This document shows positions 29,275 through 38,400 of a stretch of 64,000 nt of DNA, one piece after another. The translations under genes and the position numbers were made by a program. Below the pieces are notes generated by a model. It had not been told where the DNA came from. It ran no database searches and saw nothing but the letters and a program-made list of their open reading frames with translations. Within the stretch, counting starts at the first letter, position 1. Each line of letters opens with the position of its first letter. Source of the DNA: Patescibacteria group bacterium (lineage in GTDB: Bacteria; Patescibacteriota; Minisyncoccia; UBA6257; 2-01-FULL-56-20). Location: the NCBI GenBank assembly GCA_024654525.1, contig JANLHI010000030.1, positions 2,886-66,885 on the forward strand, read 5' to 3'.

Positions 29275-29641
29275 AAAATTTATCATTGTAGCGGAAGACG
29301 ATAAGGCGTATATAGGCGTTTATAAGAGTAAACTTACCAGTGAGGGTTATGAGGTGGTGGTTGTCGATCAGGGTGATCTTGTGATACCCGAGCTTCATAA
29401 ACGCAAGCCCGATCTATTGATTTTGGATCTGATGTTACCGCAGAAAACAGGATTTGAGATTTTAGGAGAGCTAAGAGCTAATAGTAAACTTAAGGGTATT
29501 AAAGTGGTGGTTGCATCAAATTTGAGTCAAGACGTAGATAAGGAAAGAGTGAAAAAACTCGGAGCGCTTGATTATTTTATTAAGTCGGAAATTTCTATTT
29601 TTGAGCTGGTGGATAAGATAAAAAAAGCACTTGAGTGTTAG
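29267..29641 (+). CDS. Single-domain response regulator
   Basis: AEDD, LDLMLP, K motif; 124 aa. Confidence 0.93.
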   Translation: MTKKFIIVAEDDKAYIGVYKSKLTSEGYEVVVVDQGDLVIPELHKRKPDLLILDLMLPQKTGFEILGELRANSKLKGIKVVVASNLSQDVDKERVKKLGALDYFIKSEISIFELVDKIKKALEC

Positions 29642-29681
29642 TTACTATATTAATAAGATATTAACTGATACTATATTAAGA

Positions 29682-30164
29682 ATGAAAATAAATAAAATTA
29701 TTGTACTAGTAGTAGGAATTGTAGTGGTGACGGTTGTCGCGAGTATGGCATTGTCACCGCTACAGAATATGCGAGAGAATGATGCGTATGTTTCACCTTC
29801 AACATTTCCAGTTGCAACGTCTTCAGTCGTCGAATCAATAGCGGTACCCTTGGATACGATATCGGATGTAAGTATGCATACTTCACAAGAGTTTTTTGTT
29901 GTCTATGATGCAAATGGATTTTTGCCAAAAACTATTACCGTGAAGAAGGGTGATACGGTTGTGTTTCAGAATAGAACCGGCACGCGTGTCTCAGTTGCCT
30001 CCGACGACCATCCTACTCACTTGCGTTATCCTGATTTTGATCAGTATAGAACTGACCAAAAAGGACTAGACGTGTTTCGATTTGTTTTTACGAAAGTGGG
30101 AACATGGGGATATCATGATCATCTGAATGCAAACATGGTTGGTATGGTTATTGTTACAGAATAG
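29682..30164 (+). CDS. Cupredoxin-like protein
   Basis: ITVKKGDTVVF, HPTH, GTWGYHDH; N-terminal TM. Confidence 0.8.
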   Translation: MKINKIIVLVVGIVVVTVVASMALSPLQNMRENDAYVSPSTFPVATSSVVESIAVPLDTISDVSMHTSQEFFVVYDANGFLPKTITVKKGDTVVFQNRTGTRVSVASDDHPTHLRYPDFDQYRTDQKGLDVFRFVFTKVGTWGYHDHLNANMVGMVIVTE

Positions 30165-30167
30165 AGT

Positions 30168-30536
30168 ATGACATCGATTCTTCTCCGTGTTGCACTCTCA
30201 TTCTCTTTTCTCTACCCTGCCTATGGGTTTTGGAAAAACCCCGTTGATTGGATAGGGTATATCCCTTCCTTTATGAGAAATTTTGGATTATCCGAGGAGG
30301 TGCTTTTGATTGTTTTTGCTTTTTTTCATGTTGTACTTGCACTTTGGCTTCTATCGGGTTGGCATACTATGTACGCGGCGAGTGTTGCCGTTGTTTTTCT
30401 CGTGAGCGTGGTGGTATTCAATCTTAATCAGTTTAATATTCTTTTTCGTGACATTTCACTCGCACTCACTGCACTCGCATTGGTATTTCATAGGGAGAAT
30501 TTTTCCTATTCGCATAATAGGAATGAGGAGATATAA
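30168..30536 (+). CDS. DoxX-like membrane protein
   Basis: LLRVAL...FRDI; four TM. Confidence 0.7.
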   Translation: MTSILLRVALSFSFLYPAYGFWKNPVDWIGYIPSFMRNFGLSEEVLLIVFAFFHVVLALWLLSGWHTMYAASVAVVFLVSVVVFNLNQFNILFRDISLALTALALVFHRENFSYSHNRNEEI

Positions 30537-30544
30537 TAACAACA

Positions 30545-30913
30545 ATGAATTCACAACAATTTCTTAAAAATGGAGGATTCTTTTTAATATTATTTGCGTT
30601 GCTTGGATTTTTTGGAGTACTTGGTCCTTCATCCGACGCGAGTGTTTTTGGTTCGGCATGGTGGTTTGATATCACGGAAAATTGGGGGCATCTTATTGTG
30701 GGAATTTTAGCGCTTGTGTTCGCATATTTTGGAGATGCAAAAATACAACAACCTGCGGTAATCGTGGTGGGGGTTATCAGTATATTGCTTGGGTTCTACA
30801 GTATATTTACTCCGAGTCTTCTTGGTGCGAACTTCCAAAACCCTCCCGATAGCATTTTCCATCTCATAGTGGGTATTTGGGCACTTATTTCCACGCGAGG
30901 AGGAGGGGAATAA
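30545..30913 (+). CDS. Membrane protein (DUF4383-like)
   Basis: Repeated N..HLIVG / D..FHLIVG motifs. Confidence 0.65.
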   Translation: MNSQQFLKNGGFFLILFALLGFFGVLGPSSDASVFGSAWWFDITENWGHLIVGILALVFAYFGDAKIQQPAVIVVGVISILLGFYSIFTPSLLGANFQNPPDSIFHLIVGIWALISTRGGGE

Positions 30914-30969
30914 CCCGTTGCTTCTCAGTATATGATTTGATAGAGTGGTAGCGCATGAGTCGTTTTTTT

Positions 30970-31045
30970 GCCACCTTAGCTCAGCTGGTAGAGCAACACT
31001 TTTGTAAAGTGAAGGTCCCCGGTTCGAATCCGGGAGGTGGCTCCA
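30970..31045 (+). tRNA. tRNA-Thr(TGT)
   Basis: GCCACCT/AGGTGGC acceptor, TTTGTAA loop, encoded CCA. Confidence 0.95.
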
Positions 31046-31205
31046 GTTTTGTAGAAAAAGATACGGAAGACCCAAAGCATGGGATTTCTTCCCTTGAACT
31101 CCTCCTCCCCCGCGCCACCCGAACAAATAGGGAAAAATCAAGGTATGGAGTTTTGACTGCACGTGTGAGTAATAGTAAGCTTAAGCGTGCGATTGATAAT
31201 ATGTT

Positions 31206-31469
31206 GCCGATGTAGCTCAGCTGGCAGAGCAACTCCATGGTAGACGAATCCTGCCCATCCCGACGGTAACGTCCGGATGAATCCTGAATTACGGTTAAAG
31301 GCCCGCACGGGGTTCAGACCGTAGCGCTTCTTGCGCTCGAACGACTGACAAGGGTTTCCTCGTGTTATCGAGGAGAAAGATACAGTCTAATCCTTCCGCA
31401 TATGTGTATATCGAAAAGGGAAGGTAGTAATGAAGGAGTAGGTCGCCGGTTCAAATCCGGCCATCGGCT
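31206..31469 (+). tRNA. tRNA-Thr(GGT), split by an intron (exons 31206-31241 and 31433-31469)
   Basis: Joined exons give GCCGATG/CATCGGC acceptor, ACTCC-ATGGTAA-GGAGT anticodon arm and GGTTCAAATCC T-arm. Confidence 0.92.
31242..31432 (+). ncRNA. Group I intron, 191 nt, no ORF, inserted at tRNA position 36/37
   Basis: 5' exon ends in U, intron ends in G; P1 GGUAG/CUGCC with U.G; P2 with GUAA loop; P4 UACGGU/ACCGUA; P7 GACUG/CAGUC; J8/7 AAGAUA; P8 UCCUCG/CGAGGA; P9 CCUUCC/GGAAGG. Confidence 0.9.
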
Positions 31470-31554
31470 CAGGTGTGTGAAATAGAGATGTTTTTGCGTA
31501 TCTCTTGAAATTAGGAAATAAATGGAGTATCCTTTATTTGTTTAAACAAATTCA

Positions 31555-31731
31555 ATGGCGGGAAAAAAATCAAAACATTCGGAGAATCTCATAGGGCTTC
31601 GCTGTACTACGTGCAAGCGGAGGAATTACTATACCAGCAAAAACAAGAAGAAAGTTGAAAGAAAGATTGATCTTAAAAAGTTTTGCGAGTGGTGCAGAAA
31701 GCACACTGGTCATAAAGAGGTTAAAAAATAG
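31555..31731 (+). CDS. rpmG: 50S ribosomal protein L33
   Basis: Not in ORF track. [32 protein letters not shown]...[19 protein letters not shown]. Confidence 0.95.
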   Translation: MAGKKSKHSENLIGLRCTTCKRRNYYTSKNKKKVERKIDLKKFCEWCRKHTGHKEVKK

Positions 31732-31833
31732 CGAGAGAGATGGTTTTTACCCGTATCAGGCGGGTTATTGAGAGTATTTTATATTGGTTGTAGTATACCT
31801 ATGGCGCATGATGTTATCTGCGTTGTTTTAAGT

Positions 31834-31904
31834 GGGGGCATCGTTCAGTGGTAGGACAGCGGTCTCCAAAACCGCCAACCTGGGTTCGATTCCTAGTGCC
31901 CCCG
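31834..31904 (+). tRNA. tRNA-Trp(CCA)
   Basis: GGGGGCA/TGCCCCC acceptor, GCGGT-CTCCAAA-ACCGC anticodon arm. Confidence 0.95.
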
Positions 31905-31963
31905 CCTTCGCCCGCCATAGCTTTAGCGACGGCGGGATTCGCTAAGCTATGTCGGGCTTCGGC
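31899..31963 (+). repeat. 65-bp palindrome-rich direct repeat, copy 1
   Basis: CCCCCGCCTTCGCCCGCCATAGCTTTAGCGACGGCGGGATTCGCTAAGCTATGTCGGGCTTCGGC; one mismatch to copy 2. Confidence 0.9.
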
Positions 31964-31997
31964 GGGCAAGCCCGCTATAATGAGGTATTATATTTTC

Positions 31998-32234
31998 ATG
32001 CATTTCGTATATATTCTGAAATGTGCCGACACTTTCAATTATGTGGGTTGCACTAACAACATCGAAGACAGATTAGAGCGTCACAGTAAAGGACAAGTTG
32101 AGGCAACTAAGAGTAGGCTTCCAATTGAATTGGTTTCCTACGTTGCTTTCGAAAATAAATACAAAGCTTACGAATTTGAAAAATATCTCAAGTCCGGTTC
32201 GGGTCGAGCATTTATCAAAAAACACCTTGCGTGA
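31998..32234 (+). CDS. Small GIY-YIG nuclease
   Basis: MHFVYILKC...YVGCTNN...RLERH...FEKYLKSGSGRAF. Confidence 0.9.
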   Translation: MHFVYILKCADTFNYVGCTNNIEDRLERHSKGQVEATKSRLPIELVSYVAFENKYKAYEFEKYLKSGSGRAFIKKHLA

Positions 32235-32296
32235 GATTCCCTTTATTTCGCCGAAGCTCAAAAAGCAAAGGCGAAGTTGAACCGTTAGGTTTACTA

Positions 32297-32361
32297 CCCC
32301 CGCCTTCGCCCGCCATAGCTTTAGCGGCGGCGGGATTCGCTAAGCTATGTCGGGCTTCGGC
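32297..32361 (+). repeat. 65-bp palindrome-rich direct repeat, copy 2
   Basis: Matches 31899-31963 except one A/G. Confidence 0.9.
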
Positions 32362-32425
32362 ATGGTAATACCCGCCGTAATTTTAGCGGTGGTGGGAGTC
32401 GAAAGTGTATAATCTGCAATATCAT

Positions 32426-32821
32426 ATGTCCTGGGACGAATTCGACAAAGAAATGCGCGCGCTTGCGCAAAAGATTGAATATATACCCGACATAATTGTG
32501 GGTGTGGTGCGGGGCGGGCTTGTGCCTGCGCGGCTTCTTTCGACGCTTCTTAAAGTGCCGAAGATGAGATGTGTTACATTGGAAAGAGCGGGGGAGAGAA
32601 AAATTTTAGACGAGTTACAGGGGGATTTTACCGGAAAAAAAGTGCTGGTGGTAGAGGATATGATAGAAACGGGCAAAGGTCTGGTCGCCGCAAGGAAATA
32701 CCTGGAATCCAAAGGGGCATCCGTCAAAACCGCGTGCTTGTATACCATGCCGATTTCAGAAACAACCCCCGATTATTTTTTGAGAGAAGTAAGTGAAGTA
32801 ATTAAATTTCCTTGGGATTGA
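32426..32821 (+). CDS. Purine phosphoribosyltransferase family protein
   Basis: RGG; PRPP-binding VLVVEDMIETG; FPW end. Confidence 0.88.
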   Translation: MSWDEFDKEMRALAQKIEYIPDIIVGVVRGGLVPARLLSTLLKVPKMRCVTLERAGERKILDELQGDFTGKKVLVVEDMIETGKGLVAARKYLESKGASVKTACLYTMPISETTPDYFLREVSEVIKFPWD

Positions 32822-32832
32822 CGTATTATTCA

Positions 32833-33453
32833 ATGAATTTTTGGGATACATTTTATACACAGCCTTTGGATAAAATTCCTTGGCAGAATACACAGGCGGA
32901 CTGGTTTAAGAATTTGATTGATAGCGGTGAAGTGCGAGGGGACTCGGCATTGGATTTAGGGTGTGGTACCGGTAAAAAATCTGTGTATTTAGCGCACCAC
33001 GAGTTTAAAAGAGTCATTGGTATAGATATCGCCGAGAAGGCGGTGGAATTTGCACGACAGAATGCGGTTCAGGAAAATGTTTCGAATAACTGCACGTTTT
33101 TTGCCGAAGATGCCATTGAGTGGATGTTGTCAAATAAAGAATCATGTGACCTTGTTTTGGACTGGGCATATTTGCATTGCATTGACCCTGAACGTCGAAA
33201 TGTATATGTAGAAGGAATAGAGAATGTGAGCCATGTTGGTTCGTTCTATCTTATCCGGGCTTTCATTTCTCACACGAGTAGCCGTTACTTTGAGGAAGAA
33301 ATGAACGGTGTGGTACATAAGATATACTTTCTTGACGAGGCGAGTATTGTGGCATTGCTTCCGAATTTCGAGATTGTAAAGAGAAATACCAGTATCCCGC
33401 GTACAAAACCGGAATTCTATTTTACCGAGTTGTTGATGAAAAAAATGAAATAA
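32833..33453 (+). CDS. Class I SAM-dependent methyltransferase
   Basis: LDLGCGTG, GIDI, D...LH. Confidence 0.88.
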   Translation: MNFWDTFYTQPLDKIPWQNTQADWFKNLIDSGEVRGDSALDLGCGTGKKSVYLAHHEFKRVIGIDIAEKAVEFARQNAVQENVSNNCTFFAEDAIEWMLSNKESCDLVLDWAYLHCIDPERRNVYVEGIENVSHVGSFYLIRAFISHTSSRYFEEEMNGVVHKIYFLDEASIVALLPNFEIVKRNTSIPRTKPEFYFTELLMKKMK

Positions 33454-33459
33454 AAAATA

Positions 33460-33924
33460 ATGCGCACCATACATCGAGATATTGTTGGGGCGCTCATCTT
33501 TTCACGTGACGGAAAGTTATTACAAGCGCTCAAAAATCCCAAGGGTGGAGGAGTGTACTCCATGGATTGTTGGCATATTCCGGGCGGTGGTGTTGAAGAA
33601 GGTGAGAGTAGAGAGGCGGCGGTGGCGCGAGAAGTTTTCGAAGAAACGGGCATTGATGTTTCTCATTATGCAATTGAGTTTGTGAGCGATACGGGGGAAG
33701 GAGAGAGCGAAAAAACGCTGAAATCCACCGGCGAGCGCGTGCTTTGTAAGATGAAATTTTATGACTACAAGGTTGTGATAGACGACAAAGATGCTTCTCA
33801 AATTGAAGTACGGCTTTGCGACGAGTTCGTAACATATCAATGGTCGGAGGTATCAGCACTAAAGAATCTTAAACTCACTCCGCCGTCAGTCGAACTTTTT
33901 AAGAAACTCGGGTATATTGAATAG
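33460..33924 (+). CDS. Nudix hydrolase
   Basis: PGGGVEEGE...REVFEETG. Confidence 0.9.
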   Translation: MRTIHRDIVGALIFSRDGKLLQALKNPKGGGVYSMDCWHIPGGGVEEGESREAAVAREVFEETGIDVSHYAIEFVSDTGEGESEKTLKSTGERVLCKMKFYDYKVVIDDKDASQIEVRLCDEFVTYQWSEVSALKNLKLTPPSVELFKKLGYIE

Positions 33925-34503
33925 ATGGATTCACTCGCTCCGCGCCCCGGACTTCCCGCACATGCAAAGCGGGTGTTTAAGGGCGAGATTTTTGAAGTGT
34001 GGCAATGGGAGCAAAAAATGTTTGATGGAACCACAAATACATTTGAAAGAATCTGGCGGTATTCCACGGTGGAGATTTTTGCGACAGTGGGGGATAAAAT
34101 CATTCTTGAAGATCAGGACCAGCCGGATAGGAAGGGGAGTGTTACCGTTCCAAGCGGGAGAATGGATCAAGGCGAGGATGACCCTCTTGTGGAAGCGAAA
34201 CGGGAGTTGTTGGAAGAAACCGGATATACTTCTGACGATTGGACTCTTTTTATGACCCTTGGCAGGGATAGTAAGGTGATTCACGAAATTCACCACTTTA
34301 TCGCGCGGAATTGTATAAAAACCTCGGAACAACAGCTTGATTCGGGAGAAAAAATTGCCACGCGCCTTATTTCATTCGACGAGTTTCTCGAATTGGTTGA
34401 CGAGCCTCGCTTCTGGATGTCCGCCGAGTTCAAGAATTATATGCTTCGCGCAAGGTTCGACCCGGAGAAAAAAGAAGAGTTTAGGAAAGCGCTGTTTCCG
34501 TAA
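33925..34503 (+). CDS. Nudix hydrolase (ADP-ribose pyrophosphatase-like)
   Basis: PSGRMD...KRELLEETGY, QLDSGE. Confidence 0.88.
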   Translation: MDSLAPRPGLPAHAKRVFKGEIFEVWQWEQKMFDGTTNTFERIWRYSTVEIFATVGDKIILEDQDQPDRKGSVTVPSGRMDQGEDDPLVEAKRELLEETGYTSDDWTLFMTLGRDSKVIHEIHHFIARNCIKTSEQQLDSGEKIATRLISFDEFLELVDEPRFWMSAEFKNYMLRARFDPEKKEEFRKALFP

Positions 34504-34517
34504 GGGATTGTAAGCGG

Positions 34518-35051
34518 ATGCATCTACTCAATATGACAAATTCTAAAGGAATGCACGAATTAGGAAAGGTGATAATTGCCTGTGAGACCTATATCACTAA
34601 TGGGGGAAAGGTGTTGATGCATAAGCGCGCCGAAAACAAGAAAAATTTCCCGGGATTCTGGATTGGTCCCGGCGGGCATGTTGATGAGGAAGAGGATGTG
34701 CTTGGCGCCGCAATTCGTGAAGTGAAGGAGGAGGTGGGTATTGCGCTTGACCCCCATAATATAAAGTTGAAAGTCATTGCATTTCACCATCACATTGATA
34801 GAAATGAAGTTTGGGTTGAATATGTGTTTCGAGCAACTATACCCAAAGAGATAGCGCCGAAGGATTCAGAGGAGGGCGTGTCCCAATGGATCGCCATTGC
34901 GGAAGTGTTGCGCATGGATAATATTTTTCCTCCGGCAAAATATCATCTCGACCACATCTTGAATGATAAACCCGGGATTTTGTACAATTCCAGCCAATGG
35001 AAAGGCGCGCAATTGTATAAAATATGCAGTGAGCGGATAGGAAATATATGA
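34518..35051 (+). CDS. Nudix hydrolase
   Basis: PGGHVD...REVKEEVG, SEEG. Confidence 0.9.
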   Translation: MHLLNMTNSKGMHELGKVIIACETYITNGGKVLMHKRAENKKNFPGFWIGPGGHVDEEEDVLGAAIREVKEEVGIALDPHNIKLKVIAFHHHIDRNEVWVEYVFRATIPKEIAPKDSEEGVSQWIAIAEVLRMDNIFPPAKYHLDHILNDKPGILYNSSQWKGAQLYKICSERIGNI

Positions 35052-35494
35052 ACCAAAAAGATACCTATTTCGTTGCGGTAAAAGTATTCCTTGAGCGTGA
35101 GGAAAAACTTTTGATTTTGAAAGATAAATTCGGCCCCGCAGTTGCGGGGTGGGACCTTCCCGGCGGGAGAATTAAGACGGATGAATTTGAAACGCCGCTC
35201 GAAGACATCGTGCGCCGGAAAATACGAGAAGAATTGGGTGAGGGGGTTATATACGATATTGGGAAACCGACGGTGTTCATGCGCCACGAGCGGGTGGAGG
35301 CAACTCCGGAAAAGCCAACGGTGCGGATATTCGCAATCGGGTATCCGGCAGTCTGGAAGAGTGGTGAGGCGCGCCTTTCGCCCGCGCACACCGAGATGCA
35401 ATGGGTGGATATGAAAACCTTTAAGCCGGAAGAGTATTTCTCCGGCGGGTGGCTGAAGGGGGTGAGGGAATATATTACGTTGAGGAAGGGTTAG
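35048..35494 (+). CDS. Nudix hydrolase
   Basis: WDLPGGRI...RKIREELG. Confidence 0.88.
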   Translation: MNQKDTYFVAVKVFLEREEKLLILKDKFGPAVAGWDLPGGRIKTDEFETPLEDIVRRKIREELGEGVIYDIGKPTVFMRHERVEATPEKPTVRIFAIGYPAVWKSGEARLSPAHTEMQWVDMKTFKPEEYFSGGWLKGVREYITLRKG

Positions 35495-35537
35495 ATAGGG
35501 GTTGACGGGTTTTTTGTAGGTGCTATACTTGTCATAT

Positions 35538-35612
35538 CCAAAGACAGTAGGCGGCTCGGAGAAAAAGAGCATAAGACCTGCCGAGGAAAATCCCTTGTAA
35601 AACCGTCTTTGT
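35538..35612 (+). promoter_or_regulatory. L10 leader (ribosomal protein autoregulatory RNA)
   Basis: AAAGACAGTAGG...CCTGCCGAGG...GTCTTT directly upstream of rplJ. Confidence 0.75.
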
Positions 35613-35636
35613 GACGCGTTTTCTTTTTTCATTACC

Positions 35637-36158
35637 ATGAAAACAAAAGCACAAAAAACAACCGAACTCGAAAAAGGACGTAAGCTTTTTGAAGAAAGCG
35701 AGGCGCTTATTTTTGCTGATTTCTCACATGTTTCCACCGAAAATTTAAAGAAATTGCGCAAAGTGGTGCGCGAAGCGGGATCGGAGCTTTTGGTAATTAA
35801 AAAGCGACTTTTAAATGTGCTTTTTAAAGAGAAGGGAGTTACCTATGACGCAAAACAGTTTAGCGGTTCGGTGGGCACGATTTTTTCGAAAAAAAACATA
35901 GAGGGAGTCAGCGGTCCCATATATAATTTTTTTTCCGGGCTTGAGGTGCCGGAAGGTGGTATAAAAGGTATGTGGGCAAAACACATTTTGGGAGCGTATG
36001 ACGCAAAGGGGAGGGCGGCAATTGATGCCGAGCAGATAATTTTTATCGGCAGGCTTCCTTCTCGAGAGATTCTTTTGGCGCAGCTTTTAGGGACGCTTGC
36101 TGCGCCGCTTCGTTCATTTATGTACTTGCTCCAGCAAAAATCCGCGAAGCAAGAATAA
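35637..36158 (+). CDS. rplJ: 50S ribosomal protein L10
   Basis: LRK...VIKKRL; LPSREILLAQLLG. Confidence 0.92.
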   Translation: MKTKAQKTTELEKGRKLFEESEALIFADFSHVSTENLKKLRKVVREAGSELLVIKKRLLNVLFKEKGVTYDAKQFSGSVGTIFSKKNIEGVSGPIYNFFSGLEVPEGGIKGMWAKHILGAYDAKGRAAIDAEQIIFIGRLPSREILLAQLLGTLAAPLRSFMYLLQQKSAKQE

Positions 36159-36270
36159 TGGAAAGGTCGTCAATATACACGATGTCAATATGCGAATTGT
36201 ACTAATAATGCAAATGGGGATTCTCATTCGCATCACTGGTACCTGTTAGTATATTTGCATCAATACTTTC

Positions 36271-36636
36271 ATGGAAAAGTTTAACGATTTAATCACAAAA
36301 ATTGAAGCTCTCTCTGTAGTAGAGCTTGCAGAATTAGTAAAAGCACTTGAAGAGAAATTTGGCATTTCTGCGGCTGCGCCGGTTGCGGCAGGAGGTGGTG
36401 CAGGGGCTGTTGCTGAGGAAGAAAAAACAAGTTTTAATGTGATCCTTAAAGAGTCAGGAGCGACAAAGATCAATGTTATTAAAGTTATTCGCGAGGTAAC
36501 CAGCTTGGGGCTTAAGGAGGCAAAGGACTTGGTTGATGGCGCGCCGAAGACGGTGAAGGAAGGATTGAAGAAGGAAGAAGCGGAAGAAGTAAAGAAGAAG
36601 CTTGAAGCGGCAGGAGCGAAGGCAGTGATAGAATAA
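36271..36636 (+). CDS. rplL: 50S ribosomal protein L7/L12
   Basis: [27 protein letters not shown]. Confidence 0.98.
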   Translation: MEKFNDLITKIEALSVVELAELVKALEEKFGISAAAPVAAGGGAGAVAEEEKTSFNVILKESGATKINVIKVIREVTSLGLKEAKDLVDGAPKTVKEGLKKEEAEEVKKKLEAAGAKAVIE

Positions 36637-36801
36637 TAAGTAGCATGCAGAACGTAGTAGGGGAGTACAAGAAGGCGATCTCGCTTGAGCGGGACGCCTT
36701 TTTGCTTTACTATTTTCAATTGTAGGCATATTTAGTTTTTCACCGCTCATACGCGGGATCCCACGCCGCCGATGGTAGATGGTCGTCCATCTTTGTCGAA
36801 T

Positions 36802-36876
36802 GCACTCTTAGCTCAGTGGTAGAGCGTCCCGTTCACATCGGGAAGGTCGCAGGTTCGATCCCTGCAGAGTGCACCA
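36802..36876 (+). tRNA. tRNA-Val(CAC)
   Basis: GCACTCT/AGAGTGC acceptor, TCCCG-TTCACAT-CGGGA, encoded CCA. Confidence 0.95.
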
Positions 36877-36930
36877 AGCAGAAAAACATCGGCTCGAACC
36901 ATATTTTAATTTTTTGGGAAGAAATTTTTT

Positions 36931-37065
36931 ATGGAGACAAATAATCAGCCTACAAAAAGAGCATACGCGATTTACCACGTCGGTCTGAAAGTTCTCGTTA
37001 AAAAAGGAGACGAATTTTGTTTTTGACGGACGCCGTTGGCAAACATTTTGATTTGCCAGGTGGGA
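36931..37065 (+). pseudogene. Nudix N-terminal remnant
   Basis: METNN...YHVGLKVLVKKGDEF, frameshift, then FLTDAVGKHFDLPGG; truncated before the Nudix box. Confidence 0.55.
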
Positions 37066-37253
37066 GTGCAAAATTTTTTCGACCCAAATTCGCTTTTCTC
37101 TGCTTGGTGGTGAATCAAGCGAAAGTGCGATAAAATAGGATTAAGCCAATAAACAAATTAATTCAATAAATCCGAAAAGCGAACTTCGCATACTCGGATA
37201 CGTTAGGCGACATTGTGTCCTGTCTAACCTTTTACTAAAATAATTGACACACT

Positions 37254-37892
37254 ATGGAAAACATTACATTGCCACCGGAGCTATCGTCTTCCGTTAGCTC
37301 AGAAAGCAAAGACTTTGCCGTTAAAGCCGGTCGTACTCAACCGTTAAAAAAATCAATTTCTTCAATTCTTTTTGGAACTGTCTGGACCGCATTTACAAGT
37401 ATATTTGTATTTGTCTTTTTGGGCCCGATATTTCAAGGCAAGGAAGTCCATTTTGAATCAAATGGAGTGCCTACTGTTGCTGGTCCTGACAATCTAGGTC
37501 CTATTGTAATACCCGCAATAATTATTGGAATTTTTGTATTAGTTGGAATTGGCATATTGTCTTGGGGGCTTTACTCATTATTCAAAAAAGGAGGCTATTT
37601 TGTCGGCACTCCAACAAGATTGGTGCATTTCCAAAATGGGAATATCAGATCTATTGATTGGGAGCAATTTTCCGGAGATATTGAAGTTAATGGAAATGCC
37701 CAAAAAGGCAACGTTTCACTCCAAATGAGAACTGGCAGAATGGCAAGTAGAAAAAATGGTCCAGACAGATATGTCCCCGATGTTATTTATATTTCGGAAA
37801 TTCCAAATGTATTTGAGGTGGAACAAATTTGTAGAAAAAGAATTAAAGAAAATGATCCTACGCCAACGACAACAGGACACAACATCGCCTAA
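37254..37892 (+). CDS. Two-TM hypothetical protein (cassette gene 1)
   Basis: 212 aa; stop codon lies inside GCCTAAT of an attC-like site. Confidence 0.8.
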   Translation: MENITLPPELSSSVSSESKDFAVKAGRTQPLKKSISSILFGTVWTAFTSIFVFVFLGPIFQGKEVHFESNGVPTVAGPDNLGPIVIPAIIIGIFVLVGIGILSWGLYSLFKKGGYFVGTPTRLVHFQNGNIRSIDWEQFSGDIEVNGNAQKGNVSLQMRTGRMASRKNGPDRYVPDVIYISEIPNVFEVEQICRKRIKENDPTPTTTGHNIA

Positions 37893-38020
37893 TACGCAGT
37901 ATGCGACTACGTTTTGCTCCGTACCTCCGCAAGCCTCCACCCATATTTGCCAGTGGCAAGCTCCCGCTGGTCGCAAGTTTTACCACGGGCAAACATCGCA
38001 TATTCCGGAACGTTGTACGA
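37885..38020 (+). other. attC-like recombination site
   Basis: GCCTAAT (37887) ... GTATGCGA / TCGCATAT inner inverted pair ... GTTGTAC (38012). Confidence 0.65.
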
Positions 38021-38037
38021 AATAATAAAAATCCCAC

Positions 38038-38400
38038 ATGCCATCAGCGCTTGAGATAGCAAAACGATACTTTGACCTTTCGAATGAAAGTAATTTTGAA
38101 GGAATTCAGGATTTATTTACTGAATCAACGACATATAGTTCAGCCACAACGGGAGTCTACCTCGGTCGTACCGACATCATGGAAATGCAGCGTAAATTCC
38201 ACGCGCAGTTTGAATCCGTACAGTGGAAGGTAAACTCAGTCGAGGAAATAAAGCCGGGTATTGTCCTGTTCGATTTCGAATTCAATGGAAAAAAACGTAG
38301 TGGACAGACTGTTAAAACTGTTGGCGTGGAGTACGTCATTGTGTACAAGGGTAAAATTCAACACATTGAAATTAGAAACAGCGACGGCAGGCCGAGGTAG
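38038..38400 (+). CDS. NTF2/SnoaL-like protein (cassette gene 2)
   Basis: YFDLSN...LFTE...YLGRTDI...GKIQHI; 120 aa. Confidence 0.78.
   Translation: MPSALEIAKRYFDLSNESNFEGIQDLFTESTTYSSATTGVYLGRTDIMEMQRKFHAQFESVQWKVNSVEEIKPGIVLFDFEFNGKKRSGQTVKTVGVEYVIVYKGKIQHIEIRNSDGRPR

Noticed and set aside
31899-32361. CRISPR array
   Set aside because: Only two 65-bp copies flanking a gene; no spacer series and no cas genes.
34943-35761. 272-aa minus-strand ORF and similar antisense ORFs throughout the track
   Set aside because: They shadow well-supported genes on the opposite strand and have no recognisable motifs.
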